Shown: positions 8,706 through 18,771 of the stretch, in pieces | Layout: every line of letters begins with the position of its first letter | How positions within the stretch are numbered: position 1 is the first letter of the stretch | Source of the DNA: Oligoflexales bacterium | Lineage (GTDB): Bacteria > Bdellovibrionota_B > Oligoflexia > Oligoflexales > CAIYRB01 | Direction of reading: 5' to 3' | Length of the DNA: 21,990 nt | Assembly (NCBI GenBank): GCA_041736175.1 | Contig: JBGSUI010000190.1 | Coordinates: 1 to 21,990 of the forward strand | Notes under the pieces: generated by a model | Told to the model about the DNA's origin: nothing | Databases searched by the model: none | What the model saw: only the letters and a program-made list of their open reading frames with translations | Position numbers and translations under genes: made by a program

Positions 8706-8898
8706 AGGTCTGATTATACCTTAATCCAACTTTTTATTGAAATCGGTGGCGTATATATTACAAATTCGATTTTATTTTTAAAGTAGAAGCCAAGGGGGCT
8801 GAGTCCAAGGGGGATTTTTTAATGAAATCTATGGAGTTAGTGGGCAAACTTCGTTAGTGTGGCATGGATTCGAGACTTAGTTTAGGAGAGGAAGACCT

Positions 8899-10044
8899 AT
8901 GGGGGCGGTTTATCTTACGGTTTTTTTGGATTTGTTGGGGTTTGGGCTTATTTTGCCCATAATGCCCTATTTTGCTGAGTCCCTCGGAGCTACGGGTGTG
9001 TGGTTAGGTGCGCTGATGACGGCATATTCTGCAGCCCAGTTTTTGGGAGCGCCCCTTATAGGTTCCCTGTCGGATCGATTTGGGCGTCGACCCATCTTAC
9101 TGCTGGCCATAGGGGGCAGCATGCTGTCTATGACCCTGTCAGGATTTGCGACCCAGCTTATTGGGTTATTGTTTGCTAGGATTTTAGCAGGATTTTTTGG
9201 GGGAAGTATTGCTGCTGCCCAAGCCTATATTGCTGATGTGACAACTCCCGAAACAAGAGCTAAAAAGATGGGTCTGCTAGGTGCATGTATTGGGCTCGGA
9301 TTTGTTTTTGGTCCAGCATTAGGTGCTTTTTTGGCAGATTATGGGTTTAGTACCGTCGCCTGGACAGCGGCTGGACTCAATGGAATCAACCTTATTTGGG
9401 CATATTTTAAGATCCAAGAACCCACCCCACAGCCCTCAAGTCAAGAGTCTAAAGGGGGCGAAATGTTTTCCATAGGGCGCTTATTCTCAATCGCTAAACT
9501 GGAATCGGTTCGACCCATCATTGTGGCAACTTTTTTGGCGAGTCTAGGTTTCGTGTCTATGGAAACCACCTATGCGCTCCTTGGTGCAAGATTATACCAG
9601 ATGAATAGTAAAACTTTGGGGCTGGTCTTTACCTTGATTGGTGTGGTGATGGTTTTGGTCCAAGGAGGCTTGGTCGGTCGTCTAAGTCAAAAAATGGGTC
9701 CGCAAAAGCTCGCGGTCATTGGTCTCCTCATAAACGGCGTGGCTTTAGCTGTGATGCCTTTTGCCCCCACGCTTTATTGGTCCGTGGCTAGCCAGGGACT
9801 GTTGGCGATTGGTCAGGGTTTTAGCTCCCCTACCCTCTCGACGCTGTTGTCACGCCAGGTGGGTGGCCATGACCAAGGAAAAACCCTTGGCTTAGGTCAG
9901 TCTTTGGGGGCTTTAGCGCGAGGGGTTGGTCCACTAGGAGCGGGAATTCTTTTTGACTATTCGATTTACCTGCCTTACCTCGCTGCAGGGGGACTGGGTC
10001 TTATGGGTGCAGCGATTATCGTGAGGTCAAGGAGGATTGCATAG
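8899..10044 (+). CDS. MFS drug:H+ antiporter, TetA/DHA1-like
   Basis: Motif A GSLSDRFGRRPILL, antiporter motif GFVFGPALG, about 12 TM segments; AGGAGAGG RBS upstream. Confidence 0.92.
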   Translation: MGAVYLTVFLDLLGFGLILPIMPYFAESLGATGVWLGALMTAYSAAQFLGAPLIGSLSDRFGRRPILLLAIGGSMLSMTLSGFATQLIGLLFARILAGFFGGSIAAAQAYIADVTTPETRAKKMGLLGACIGLGFVFGPALGAFLADYGFSTVAWTAAGLNGINLIWAYFKIQEPTPQPSSQESKGGEMFSIGRLFSIAKLESVRPIIVATFLASLGFVSMETTYALLGARLYQMNSKTLGLVFTLIGVVMVLVQGGLVGRLSQKMGPQKLAVIGLLINGVALAVMPFAPTLYWSVASQGLLAIGQGFSSPTLSTLLSRQVGGHDQGKTLGLGQSLGALARGVGPLGAGILFDYSIYLPYLAAGGLGLMGAAIIVRSRRIA

Positions 10045-10937
10045 TGGACATCAATGATCTGACTGAACATCCAACCCCTCTCAAGGAGCGCCTAAGGGCA
10101 GCCTACCTTTGGGGGCTAGAGGCGGGTTATCTTACTTTGGGGTATTTTGACCAAACATTGAAGCAACGGGGGTCGGAGTCTACTCTCCAAAACGAAGACC
10201 ATTACCGAGTCGAGAGAAAAGCTGATCTTACGTATGTAACAACTGCTGACCGCGAGGCTGAAACTTTACTTAGGAGTCATATTCAAGCTGATTTTCCCGA
10301 GGACTCGATCGTGGGTGAGGAGTTTGGCAGAAAGAAAGGCGCAAACGATTGGACCTGGTATCTTGATCCCATCGATGGGACTCAGGCCTTTGTACACGGA
10401 GTTCCCCTGTTTGGCACCCTTATTGGGATTGAACACAAGGGAGTTTCGGTTGCTGGGGTGATTGTGCTTCCTGCACTCGGAGAGGCCATTTTTGCCGGCA
10501 AAAATCTGGGGTGTTTTTGGCACCGGGGATTTATAAAAGAGGAGGCAAAGAAATCCTTTGTAGGCGGCATGACCACGAGGGCCCAAGTCTCAGGGGTCTC
10601 AACCCTTCAAGAGGCGTTGTTTTGTACGACTTGGATGCAGAGCTTTAAGGCGACCCAGACGCTGGATGTATTCTACAAGCTTTGCGACAAAACCGGTGTT
10701 TTTAGGGGCTGGGGTGATTGTTATGGATATGCTTTGGTGGCTACGGGACGGGCCGAAATAATGGTTGATCCACAACTCATGGTATGGGACGCTGCGCCAA
10801 TGCTGGTGATCCTGGAGGAAGCCGGGGGGCGGTACACGGATTTTTCGGGAAAAGGGAGCATTCATTCTGGGAGCGGTCTTGCAACCAATGGTCTGCTACA
10901 TCAATCGGTCTTATCCCTCGTCAAAGGGGAGTCTTAA
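10044..10937 (+). CDS. hisN: Inositol-monophosphatase family protein, probable histidinol-phosphate phosphatase
   Basis: GEE, WYLDPIDGT, GWGDCYGYALVATG and WDAAP motifs; GTG start overlaps the upstream TAG (TAGTG). Confidence 0.78.
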   Translation: MDINDLTEHPTPLKERLRAAYLWGLEAGYLTLGYFDQTLKQRGSESTLQNEDHYRVERKADLTYVTTADREAETLLRSHIQADFPEDSIVGEEFGRKKGANDWTWYLDPIDGTQAFVHGVPLFGTLIGIEHKGVSVAGVIVLPALGEAIFAGKNLGCFWHRGFIKEEAKKSFVGGMTTRAQVSGVSTLQEALFCTTWMQSFKATQTLDVFYKLCDKTGVFRGWGDCYGYALVATGRAEIMVDPQLMVWDAAPMLVILEEAGGRYTDFSGKGSIHSGSGLATNGLLHQSVLSLVKGES

Positions 10938-10997
10938 ACATATTAAAATGAGTTTTTATTTGAAAAATCAATCATAAATTAGACTCGAGCTGGCCCT

Positions 10998-12341
10998 ATG
11001 CAAGACAAACCCCCACTAAGCCCCTTTTCTCCATCCAGCGCTGCCTTTCTTCGGGAGCATTGGTCGGATCTCGATGACATCCAAAAAATAGAGGCGTTTA
11101 ACCAGCTGCCTTTTCCGATGGCAAAGGATTTCTTTCAAAATCTCCGGACTACCGAACAATCAGCTCTGTTGCTGGCTCTTGCTCCGACAGAAAGAGGGCC
11201 TTGGGTTAGGATCTTACCTCCTGATGATCTGGCCGACCTTATACAAGCGATAGCCGAAGATCGCAGACAAGAAACCCTGCAACTCCTGGATCCCGCTACA
11301 CGAAGCGAGGTGATTGCACTATTGGCATACGATGAAGACGAGGCAGGGGGGGTGATGAACCCCCGCTTTGCAAGACTTCGTCCAGATATGACGGTGGATG
11401 AGGCCTTGCGCTATCTGAGGCGACAAGCTCCCCATGTGGAAACCACTCAGTATGCCTATATCATCGACAACAGCCAGCGGCTCCTCGGTGTATGCTCTTT
11501 GCGAGAACTCTTTGTGGCCGATGGCTCAGCTCAAGTCAAAAACGTTATGCAAACCGCTCTCGTGGTCGCTCCAGACACACTGGCGCAGGAGCCATTGGCA
11601 AAGTTATTTTTACACTCGGGTTTTAATGCGCTGCCTATTGTTGATGAATCAGGAAAAATGGTGGGTATCGTCACTGCGGACGATATCGTCCAGGTCGTCG
11701 AAGAAGAAGCCACCGAAGATATCCAACGACTGGGTGGTTCCGACGTTCTCGATGCCCCCTATCTGGATATTTCCCTCAGGAAGATGGTGCGCAAGCGAGC
11801 GGGTTGGTTGGTCGCGCTTTTTTTGGGAGAAATGCTTACGGCCACGGCTATGGGACATTTTGAACACGAGCTTGCGCGAGCTATCGTCTTGGCTTTGTTT
11901 ATACCCTTGATCATTAGCAGCGGCGGTAATTCCGGATCCCAAGCGTCCACACTGGTTGTGCGGGCCTTGGCTTTGCGGGAGATTAAACTAACAGATTGGT
12001 GGCGGGTTTTTACCCGCGAGCTCGTGGTCGGTACGGTCCTTGGTTTGATTCTTGGGATGATTGGATTTTTAAGGATTTACTTTTGGCCGACAAGAGAAAC
12101 GACCTATGGCCAGCACTATGCTTTAGTGGGTATGACAGTTGGGATTACTTTGGTTGGAGTGGTCTTATGGGGAAGTCTTGTGGGATCCATGTTGCCCTTT
12201 GTCTTAAAAAAGCTAAAGCTTGATCCCGCCACAGCCTCAGCGCCCTTTGTTGCCACCCTTGTGGATGTCTGCGGCCTGATCATCTACTTTTCAGTCGCTA
12301 GCATCACTCTGGTCGAATTACTCTCTAAATCAAATCTTTAA
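10998..12341 (+). CDS. mgtE: Magnesium transporter MgtE
   Basis: MgtE N-domain, AGGVM plus two CBS domains, GGNSGSQ and DPA.ASAPFVATLVD membrane motifs. Confidence 0.97.
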   Translation: MQDKPPLSPFSPSSAAFLREHWSDLDDIQKIEAFNQLPFPMAKDFFQNLRTTEQSALLLALAPTERGPWVRILPPDDLADLIQAIAEDRRQETLQLLDPATRSEVIALLAYDEDEAGGVMNPRFARLRPDMTVDEALRYLRRQAPHVETTQYAYIIDNSQRLLGVCSLRELFVADGSAQVKNVMQTALVVAPDTLAQEPLAKLFLHSGFNALPIVDESGKMVGIVTADDIVQVVEEEATEDIQRLGGSDVLDAPYLDISLRKMVRKRAGWLVALFLGEMLTATAMGHFEHELARAIVLALFIPLIISSGGNSGSQASTLVVRALALREIKLTDWWRVFTRELVVGTVLGLILGMIGFLRIYFWPTRETTYGQHYALVGMTVGITLVGVVLWGSLVGSMLPFVLKKLKLDPATASAPFVATLVDVCGLIIYFSVASITLVELLSKSNL

Positions 12342-12371
12342 GCAGTTTAAACACTTAAAAAGGGGTGTTTT

Positions 12372-15300
12372 ATGATGCAGGTCGCAAAACCTTCGTGCCC
12401 AGAAAATGCAAAGACACTTTATGATTTTGATGCGAGCTTTTTAGCACAATATAGACCTTCTCATAAAGTGAGATTTATAACCGCCACGGCTTTGTTTGAT
12501 GGCCACGATGCTAGTATCAATATTATGCGTCGGCTTTTGCAGAGTCGAGGAGCCGAAGTGATTCATCTCGGACACAACCGGTCCGCTCTCGAGATTGTAC
12601 GGGCAGCTATACAAGAAGATGTTCAGGGAGTGGCTATCAGTAGCTACCAGGGAGGCCATATTGAGTTTTTTAAATATGTACGCCAACTCCTTAACGAGCG
12701 AGGGGGGTCTAAAATCGGCCTTTTTGGGGGTGGCGGAGGGGTGATTGTTCCTAGCGAAGTTCAGGAGCTGGAGCGTTCGGGAGTGAGTAAGATCTATACC
12801 CCAGAAGATGGCCAAAAATTCGGTTTAGACGGGATGATAGGGCATATGCTTTACCTCGCTGATCGGCAGTTTGAGGTTTCTCTCCCAGAGGTTTCTGAAG
12901 GGACTCAGGACCTATGTCTTGCAAGGGCTTTGACAGTGCTTGAGGCGGGGGCGATGGATGCTGATCCTGTATTAGAAAGGCTCCGTTCTCAGGATTTTTT
13001 CAAAAAGCGCTATAAAAAAGTACCCGTGATTGGGATCACAGGCACCGGTGGAGCCGGAAAATCGTCCCTCACTGACGAAATCGTGAGCCGATTTTTATGG
13101 GATGTTCCCGAAGTCAAAATCGGGATTCTTTGTATCGATCCTACCAAAAAGAAGGGTGGCGGAGCTTTGCTTGGCGACCGCATCCGTATGAATAGTGCCG
13201 CGGATCCCCGGGTTTTTATCCATAGTTTTGCGACGCGGAGTTCGGGCAAAGAAGTGTCAGCGGTGACGCACCAGGCGATTCGACTGATGCAGGAGCACCA
13301 CTATGATTTCATCATCGTCGAGACCAGCGGAATCGGTCAGGGAGATTCGAGTGTCGTGGATTTTGCTGACCTTAGCCTCTATGTGATGACCAGTGAGTAC
13401 GGCGCTAGGACCCAACTGGAAAAAATAGATATGCTGGACTTTGCAAATCTGATTGCCATCAATAAATACGAGCGTCGAGGGGCCCCCGATGCCCTCAAAG
13501 ATGTCCAAAACCAGCTGAGGCGATCTCGATTTGGAGGCCAGCCCCAGGCACCTGACCAGTATCCTGTGTTTGGCACTATCGCCAGTCGTTTTAATGATGA
13601 CGGTATTAACGGACTTTATCGAGCGCTAACAAAAGCCCTTAATCAACTCGTCCATGATCGAGTCTACGAGGCAAATCCGAACCGCATTTATAGTTTAGAA
13701 TCTACCTTGAGAGACTCCCTTATACCCGTGGACCGGATTTCCTATTTGAGTGAGATTGCGGCGTCAGTGCGAAAATACCATGGGGAGATCCGGGAACAAG
13801 TCGAAAAGGTTGCAACGGCCGAAAGCTATGATCGAGTTTGTAAGGATGTTGAGTCCAAGGATGGTGACAACGAAATTCACAGGTATTTATTAAATAAGAG
13901 AACAGAGTCCTGGAACCTGGTCCATCATGATCTCCGCGAGGAACTTGTCCAATGGCCCTCTAAAAGGGCATCTTATCTTAAAGACGAGTTTGTATATAAA
14001 GTGAGGGATCAAGTCACCAAGGTCGAAGCCACCTTTAAGTCACTCTCCCAGGAACGCTATCCCAAAATCACACCACCAAATTTTGATAGCCTTGCAGAGA
14101 CCACTCGTTTTTTGCTAAAAGAAAACTTCCCGGGAGCCTTTCCCTTTACAGCAGGTGTTTTTCCTTTTAGACGCGAAGGGGAGGAGCCGCAGCGCCAATT
14201 TGCGGGAGAAGGGGGGCCACAACGGACCAACCATCGTTTCCATTACCTATCGGCTTCTTCTAAAGCAAAAAGGCTTTCGACAGCGTTTGATAGTGTGACA
14301 CTTTATGGAGCAGAGCCCGATAAACGCCCTGATATTTACGGTAAAGTCGGCGAATCGGGAGTATCGATTGCCACCTTAGATGATATGAAGGTACTCTATA
14401 AGGGGTTTGACCTCTGCGCTCCGACCACAAGTGTGAGCATGACGATCAATGGACCAGCTCCAATCATCTTGGCGATGTTTCTCAATACGGCGGTTGACCA
14501 GCAGGTTGATGGATTTATTGCAAACCATGGTCGCGCGCCTCGACCGGATGAACATCAAAAACTTTACGACGAGACGCTCCAGTCGGTTCGCGGTACTGTT
14601 CAAGCGGATATTTTAAAGGAAGACCAGGCACAAAATACTTGTATTTTTAGCACTGAATTTGCCTTAAAGATGATGGCTGATATCCAAGAGTACTTTATCC
14701 ATAAAAAAGTGCGTAATTACTACAGTGTTTCTATTTCGGGATATCATATAGCCGAAGCGGGCGCCAATCCTATCACCCAGCTGGCTTTTACTCTAGCCAA
14801 CGGGTTTACCTATGCTGAGTATTACCGCTCTAGAGGGATGTCGATTAATGATTTTGCGCCTAATTTGTCGTTTTTCTTTAGCAATGGACTGGATCCTGAG
14901 TATGCCGTCATGGGCAGAGTTGCGAGGAGAATTTGGGCGATTGCCATGCGTGATGTGTACGGAGCGGACGAGCGTGGGCAAAAACTTAAATATCATATTC
15001 AGACTTCAGGAAGATCACTTCACGCCCAGGAAATCGATTTTAACGATATCCGTACGACCCTCCAAGCTCTCTTAGCTTTGTATGACAATTGCAACTCGCT
15101 TCATACCAATGCTTTTGACGAAGCGATCACCACTCCCACGGAAGAGAGTGTCAGACGGGCTATGGCTATTCAGTTGATTATCAATAAAGAGTTTGGTCCT
15201 AATGGTAGTCAAAATATCAACCAAGGATCCTATTTTCTAGAGCATTTAACAGACGTGGTCGAAGCCTCCGTCCTAGCGGAGTTTGAGCGGATCTCGGTGC

Positions 15301-15698
15301 GTGGTGGTGTCCTGGGTGCGATGGAAACCCAGTACCAGAGGTCAAAGATCCAGGAAGAAAGCCTTTACTATGAGCATCTCAAACATACGGGCCAGTTTCC
15401 TGTGATTGGGGTCAATACCTTTCTCAACCCCAAGACCCAAGCAGCAGGCTACCAACGACCCGAAATCGAGTTGATTCGGGCAAGTTACGAAGAAAAAGAC
15501 GACCAACTGCAGCGTCTCGAGGCCTTTAAGGAGACTCACCGGACACAAAGGGATCAAGCTTTAAAACAGCTGGCACGGGTGGTCTTTGAAGGAACCAACA
15601 TTTTTGCCGAGTTGATGAATACCGTGCGCTATGCGTCCCTGGGGGAGATCACCGAAACTCTCTACCATGTGGGCGGCCAGTATCGGAGAGCAGTTTAG
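12372..15698 (+). CDS. icmF: Fused isobutyryl-CoA mutase / MeaI GTPase chaperone (AdoCbl-dependent)
   Basis: N-terminal B12-binding FDGHDASINIMRR, P-loop GTGGAGKSS, ETSGIGQ, mutase barrel with RQFAGEG, RLSTAFDSVTLYG and HIQTSGRSLH; 1108 aa. Confidence 0.96.
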   Translation: MMQVAKPSCPENAKTLYDFDASFLAQYRPSHKVRFITATALFDGHDASINIMRRLLQSRGAEVIHLGHNRSALEIVRAAIQEDVQGVAISSYQGGHIEFFKYVRQLLNERGGSKIGLFGGGGGVIVPSEVQELERSGVSKIYTPEDGQKFGLDGMIGHMLYLADRQFEVSLPEVSEGTQDLCLARALTVLEAGAMDADPVLERLRSQDFFKKRYKKVPVIGITGTGGAGKSSLTDEIVSRFLWDVPEVKIGILCIDPTKKKGGGALLGDRIRMNSAADPRVFIHSFATRSSGKEVSAVTHQAIRLMQEHHYDFIIVETSGIGQGDSSVVDFADLSLYVMTSEYGARTQLEKIDMLDFANLIAINKYERRGAPDALKDVQNQLRRSRFGGQPQAPDQYPVFGTIASRFNDDGINGLYRALTKALNQLVHDRVYEANPNRIYSLESTLRDSLIPVDRISYLSEIAASVRKYHGEIREQVEKVATAESYDRVCKDVESKDGDNEIHRYLLNKRTESWNLVHHDLREELVQWPSKRASYLKDEFVYKVRDQVTKVEATFKSLSQERYPKITPPNFDSLAETTRFLLKENFPGAFPFTAGVFPFRREGEEPQRQFAGEGGPQRTNHRFHYLSASSKAKRLSTAFDSVTLYGAEPDKRPDIYGKVGESGVSIATLDDMKVLYKGFDLCAPTTSVSMTINGPAPIILAMFLNTAVDQQVDGFIANHGRAPRPDEHQKLYDETLQSVRGTVQADILKEDQAQNTCIFSTEFALKMMADIQEYFIHKKVRNYYSVSISGYHIAEAGANPITQLAFTLANGFTYAEYYRSRGMSINDFAPNLSFFFSNGLDPEYAVMGRVARRIWAIAMRDVYGADERGQKLKYHIQTSGRSLHAQEIDFNDIRTTLQALLALYDNCNSLHTNAFDEAITTPTEESVRRAMAIQLIINKEFGPNGSQNINQGSYFLEHLTDVVEASVLAEFERISVRGGVLGAMETQYQRSKIQEESLYYEHLKHTGQFPVIGVNTFLNPKTQAAGYQRPEIELIRASYEEKDDQLQRLEAFKETHRTQRDQALKQLARVVFEGTNIFAELMNTVRYASLGEITETLYHVGGQYRRAV

Positions 15699-15704
15699 TT
15701 TTCG

Positions 15705-17303
15705 TCAGCCGCTTGGGTAGGTGTGAGCAGTCTTATGTTTGAAGAGTTCCCACACTTTTAACATGATTTCTTCTGGGACTGGCGTGGTCCAATGGTTAGG
15801 GCGATGTTGATAGGGAACGCCCTGTTTTGTTAACAGGATCCAATGAATCGTGGAGTCGGCATTTTTTTTGTCCCCAGCCATCAACTTTACAAGATCAGGC
15901 CAAAGTCCGGGATCATCGAGCGAATCCACGCCAAGGAGCAGATTAAGTCTGGGCAGTGTCGGCAGAGAGCCATGGAGCTGGGCCTCTGCTAATATTTTCC
16001 AGAGTCGATCACACTCTGTGGTAGTCATTCCAGCCACCTCGCGGCTGAGGAGTAAGCCGTAGATCATGCCGATGCCAACGGCTTCACCATGGAGTAGGAA
16101 ATCTCTTCCGTGAGCTTTATGAGTTCTGTAGATGCGGTGGGAACGGGCTTCGAGGGCATGGCCTAGAGTATGGCCAAAATTCAACACAGCCCTAAGACCC
16201 TGCTCCCCTGGATCGAGGGAAACAATATCGGATTTGACCTTGATGAGTTTAGGCATCAGCCCTGAAAGGGTTGTCAGATTTTTTGCATTCATGGCCTGGT
16301 AGGTGGATTCGAGGAGGTCATCCTGCTCGCCGCCGTGAAGAAGGGCGTGCTTTAGGGATTCCATCGTGCCAGCCTGCCATTCTCGATCGGGTAGAGTTGT
16401 CAGCCATCCAAGCCAGACGATCACAGAGCGTGGGAAGTAAAAGAGACCAACCTGGTTTTTGCCAAAGGGTTCAAAATTAACCCCGGTTTTGCCCCCGACA
16501 CAAGCATCGACCATGGCGAGGAGTGTTGTGGGGACCAGATTAACTTCGGCTCCTGCAAGCCCTGCCGCAAAGGCACCGAGGTCACCGAGAATCCCCCCAC
16601 CTATAACCACCCATTGAGGTGGAGGGGGCGGGTTTGAAGTGTCTTGATTTTGGAGTTGGACATTCTGCCGAAATCTAATCCAAGCGGTCACAATTTTGGC
16701 GGTGGTCTCCAATGATTTACTATGTTCGTCCACGTCGACGCTGATCATATGGCACGAGGCGGTGTCGAGGCGGATCTTGAGATCAGGGCTTTGATTGGAC
16801 CCGAGGCGCCAGAGTCCAGCGACCTTCTGGTCGATCAGCACAAAGGAGTTGCGAATGATAGTGACAGGAGATGTGGGGCCTAAGATCTCGATGGTGTATT
16901 GGCCTTGGGACTGTGCCTCTGGGTAGGGCTGCTCGGAATCACTGCGGTAGCCTACACCCCGCTTATAAACCCGGGCCGCTGTCTGGACCGGGGTGGGGCC
17001 AGCCCCGGGGGGTAGATGGCTCGGTTCGGTCCAACCAGTGTGGCGATCTAGGTTGGATTGAAAAGCCTGGCGCAAAATAGCTATAGTGCCTTGTGGCCAA
17101 TGAAAGGCCTTTTCGAGCCTCATATCTTCAGCGTCTGTGGAGTCAGGTTGGGCTTGGTGACTGGACGGAAGAGGTTGCCATGTATGGTCACGGGTAGGGG
17201 TTAGTGGCGGAATCTGCATCTTCCATGGAACCACTAAAGTATGGGGGGGTTCTTGGGATTTATTGACGTTTTGACCGTGTGGAATCATGGCATCTAAACT
17301 CAC
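15705..17303 (-). CDS. aroB: 3-dehydroquinate synthase with long N-terminal extension (start uncertain)
   Basis: GGGILGDLGAFAA, PTTLLAMVDACVGGKTGVN, GKNQVG, LNFGHTLGHALE, HGEAVGIGM and DKK motifs. Confidence 0.88.
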   Translation of the reverse strand: MSLDAMIPHGQNVNKSQEPPHTLVVPWKMQIPPLTPTRDHTWQPLPSSHQAQPDSTDAEDMRLEKAFHWPQGTIAILRQAFQSNLDRHTGWTEPSHLPPGAGPTPVQTAARVYKRGVGYRSDSEQPYPEAQSQGQYTIEILGPTSPVTIIRNSFVLIDQKVAGLWRLGSNQSPDLKIRLDTASCHMISVDVDEHSKSLETTAKIVTAWIRFRQNVQLQNQDTSNPPPPPQWVVIGGGILGDLGAFAAGLAGAEVNLVPTTLLAMVDACVGGKTGVNFEPFGKNQVGLFYFPRSVIVWLGWLTTLPDREWQAGTMESLKHALLHGGEQDDLLESTYQAMNAKNLTTLSGLMPKLIKVKSDIVSLDPGEQGLRAVLNFGHTLGHALEARSHRIYRTHKAHGRDFLLHGEAVGIGMIYGLLLSREVAGMTTTECDRLWKILAEAQLHGSLPTLPRLNLLLGVDSLDDPGLWPDLVKLMAGDKKNADSTIHWILLTKQGVPYQHRPNHWTTPVPEEIMLKVWELFKHKTAHTYPSG

Positions 17304-17413
17304 TTTTTAGAGTGTTGCGGTCCACCGGAAAGGATACGGAGGGGACTATAGGTTAAGGTTTTTAGCTCTTGGTCCGATGCCTTTCCTAGACTTGTGAACG
17401 GAGTCATGCGGCT

Positions 17414-17923
17414 ATGAAGAAAAACCGGAACCCTCCCATTGTCAGCGACGGATCGCTTAGGCGCAAGATTGAATCTATAAAAAGGCAAAAAATAATCGGC
17501 AAAAAAGTGGTGAGTCTCTCCGAATATCGAGAGCTTCAGCAGCGCCACCCGGTCAGAAGCATCCTGGTCGTAGATGATGACGAAGTGATGCGCAGTGGTC
17601 TCAAGCGAATTCTTGAATCCGAGGGATACCAGGTCCATCTGGCGCAGGATGGCCTGGAGTTGTCTAAAGTGCTAGAAAATCATCGACTTGATTTGATCTT
17701 ACTCGATGTGAATCTTCCCTGGGTAGATGGTTTTGAGTTATGTCGTTTGGTTAAAGGACATCCCATCTTAAAGCAGGTTCCCTTGGTCCTGGTATCAGCT
17801 CGAAAGTCCAAGCTGGATATTGAGACCGGATTTGCAGCAGGTTGCGACGATTATATTACAAAACCTTTTGATGTTGAGTATATCAACCAAGTGGTCCATA
17901 AAATCTTGGCTAAAGCTCAATAG
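17414..17923 (+). CDS. Single-domain (CheY-like) response regulator with about 45-aa basic N-terminal extension
   Basis: ILVVDDD, phospho-acceptor LLDVNLPWVDG, VSA and DYITKPF motifs; no output domain. Confidence 0.93.
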   Translation: MKKNRNPPIVSDGSLRRKIESIKRQKIIGKKVVSLSEYRELQQRHPVRSILVVDDDEVMRSGLKRILESEGYQVHLAQDGLELSKVLENHRLDLILLDVNLPWVDGFELCRLVKGHPILKQVPLVLVSARKSKLDIETGFAAGCDDYITKPFDVEYINQVVHKILAKAQ

Positions 17924-17931
17924 CCATCCTT

Positions 17932-18435
17932 TTAAATCGCAGTCAGAGAATTTAAGATCCACTGGGAACAAGCCCCTGAACCATTGGTTGTGGAGGGCTT
18001 TTTAAGTCTTTCAGCCAAGTTGTCAAGCTTGGCGGCAAACTGAGGGTCCTTCACCGTACCTTTAACGTAGGCGACGACCTCTGTAGGACTCGGGCCACCG
18101 AGGGCATCAAAACAGGCGAGTCCCCTCTCTAGCCGGAGGGCTTCTTGGGAAGCGAGGCCCTGTTGGAGCCACGTGCTGGCCACATCGGTAACGAGCTGTT
18201 CCACAAATCCTGAGGGGGGCACTGTGGGCAGGTTAAGGCCTTCGCCAGCCTTGGGTGTCCATTCGTTGATTTTGGATGAGACCTTCTCAGAGGCGAAGGT
18301 TGCCGTTTTGTAGACTACATATCCCGCGCCAACGACTCCTAGGGTTGCTAAGACCGTAAGCGCCACTGCGATGGCTATGATTTGCTTTTTATACCGGCGG
18401 AGGAGATTGCGGAGATCGACAGAGTTGTCATTCAT
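17932..18435 (-). CDS. Hypothetical single-pass membrane protein
   Basis: 167-aa ORF; basic residues then one hydrophobic helix (IIAIAVALTVLATLGVVGAGYVVY); AAGGGAGAG RBS upstream; two Cys in the exported part. Confidence 0.75.
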   Translation of the reverse strand: MNDNSVDLRNLLRRYKKQIIAIAVALTVLATLGVVGAGYVVYKTATFASEKVSSKINEWTPKAGEGLNLPTVPPSGFVEQLVTDVASTWLQQGLASQEALRLERGLACFDALGGPSPTEVVAYVKGTVKDPQFAAKLDNLAERLKKPSTTNGSGACSQWILNSLTAI

Positions 18436-18695
18436 AAAAACTCTCCCTTGAATGGGTGCAGGTGCGGAGTTAGCCGCGTGATAGATCGACTATCGACCTT
18501 TTCACGTATTTGCTAAAATAGATATTCTGAACATCTGTCTTTGTTATTAATGAAGTGATGAAGTGATTTTGGGATTTTTTCAGCCTATGTTGGTCCCTCG
18601 CAAAAAAGAATGGAAGCCAGCTTTGTATCGCTTGACCCATCCCTCGAATTGATTTACCAATGGTGTCTCTGGCACAATGTCAGAAGGGCTTCTAT

Positions 18696-18771
18696 TCCTC
18701 AGTAGCTCAGTTGGTAGAGCAGGTGACTGTTAATCACCTGGTCGTAGGTTCGAGTCCTACCTGAGGAGCCA
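18696..18771 (+). tRNA. tRNA-Asn (GTT)
   Basis: 76-nt cloverleaf: acceptor TCCTCAG/CTGAGGA, D arm GCTC..GAGC, anticodon arm GGTGA-CTGTTAA-TCACC (GTT at 18729-18731), T arm GTAGG-TTCGAGT-CCTAC, encoded CCA. Confidence 0.98.

Noticed and set aside
8899..10044. Acquired tetracycline resistance gene tetA
   Set aside because: Only generic DHA1 motifs, no tetR or mobile context, host-like composition; substrate unknown
17300..17638. 112-aa minus ORF abutting the aroB start
   Set aside because: Mostly antisense to the well-supported response regulator
18550..18567. Tandem ATGAAGTG x2 upstream of the tRNA
   Set aside because: Too short to distinguish from chance
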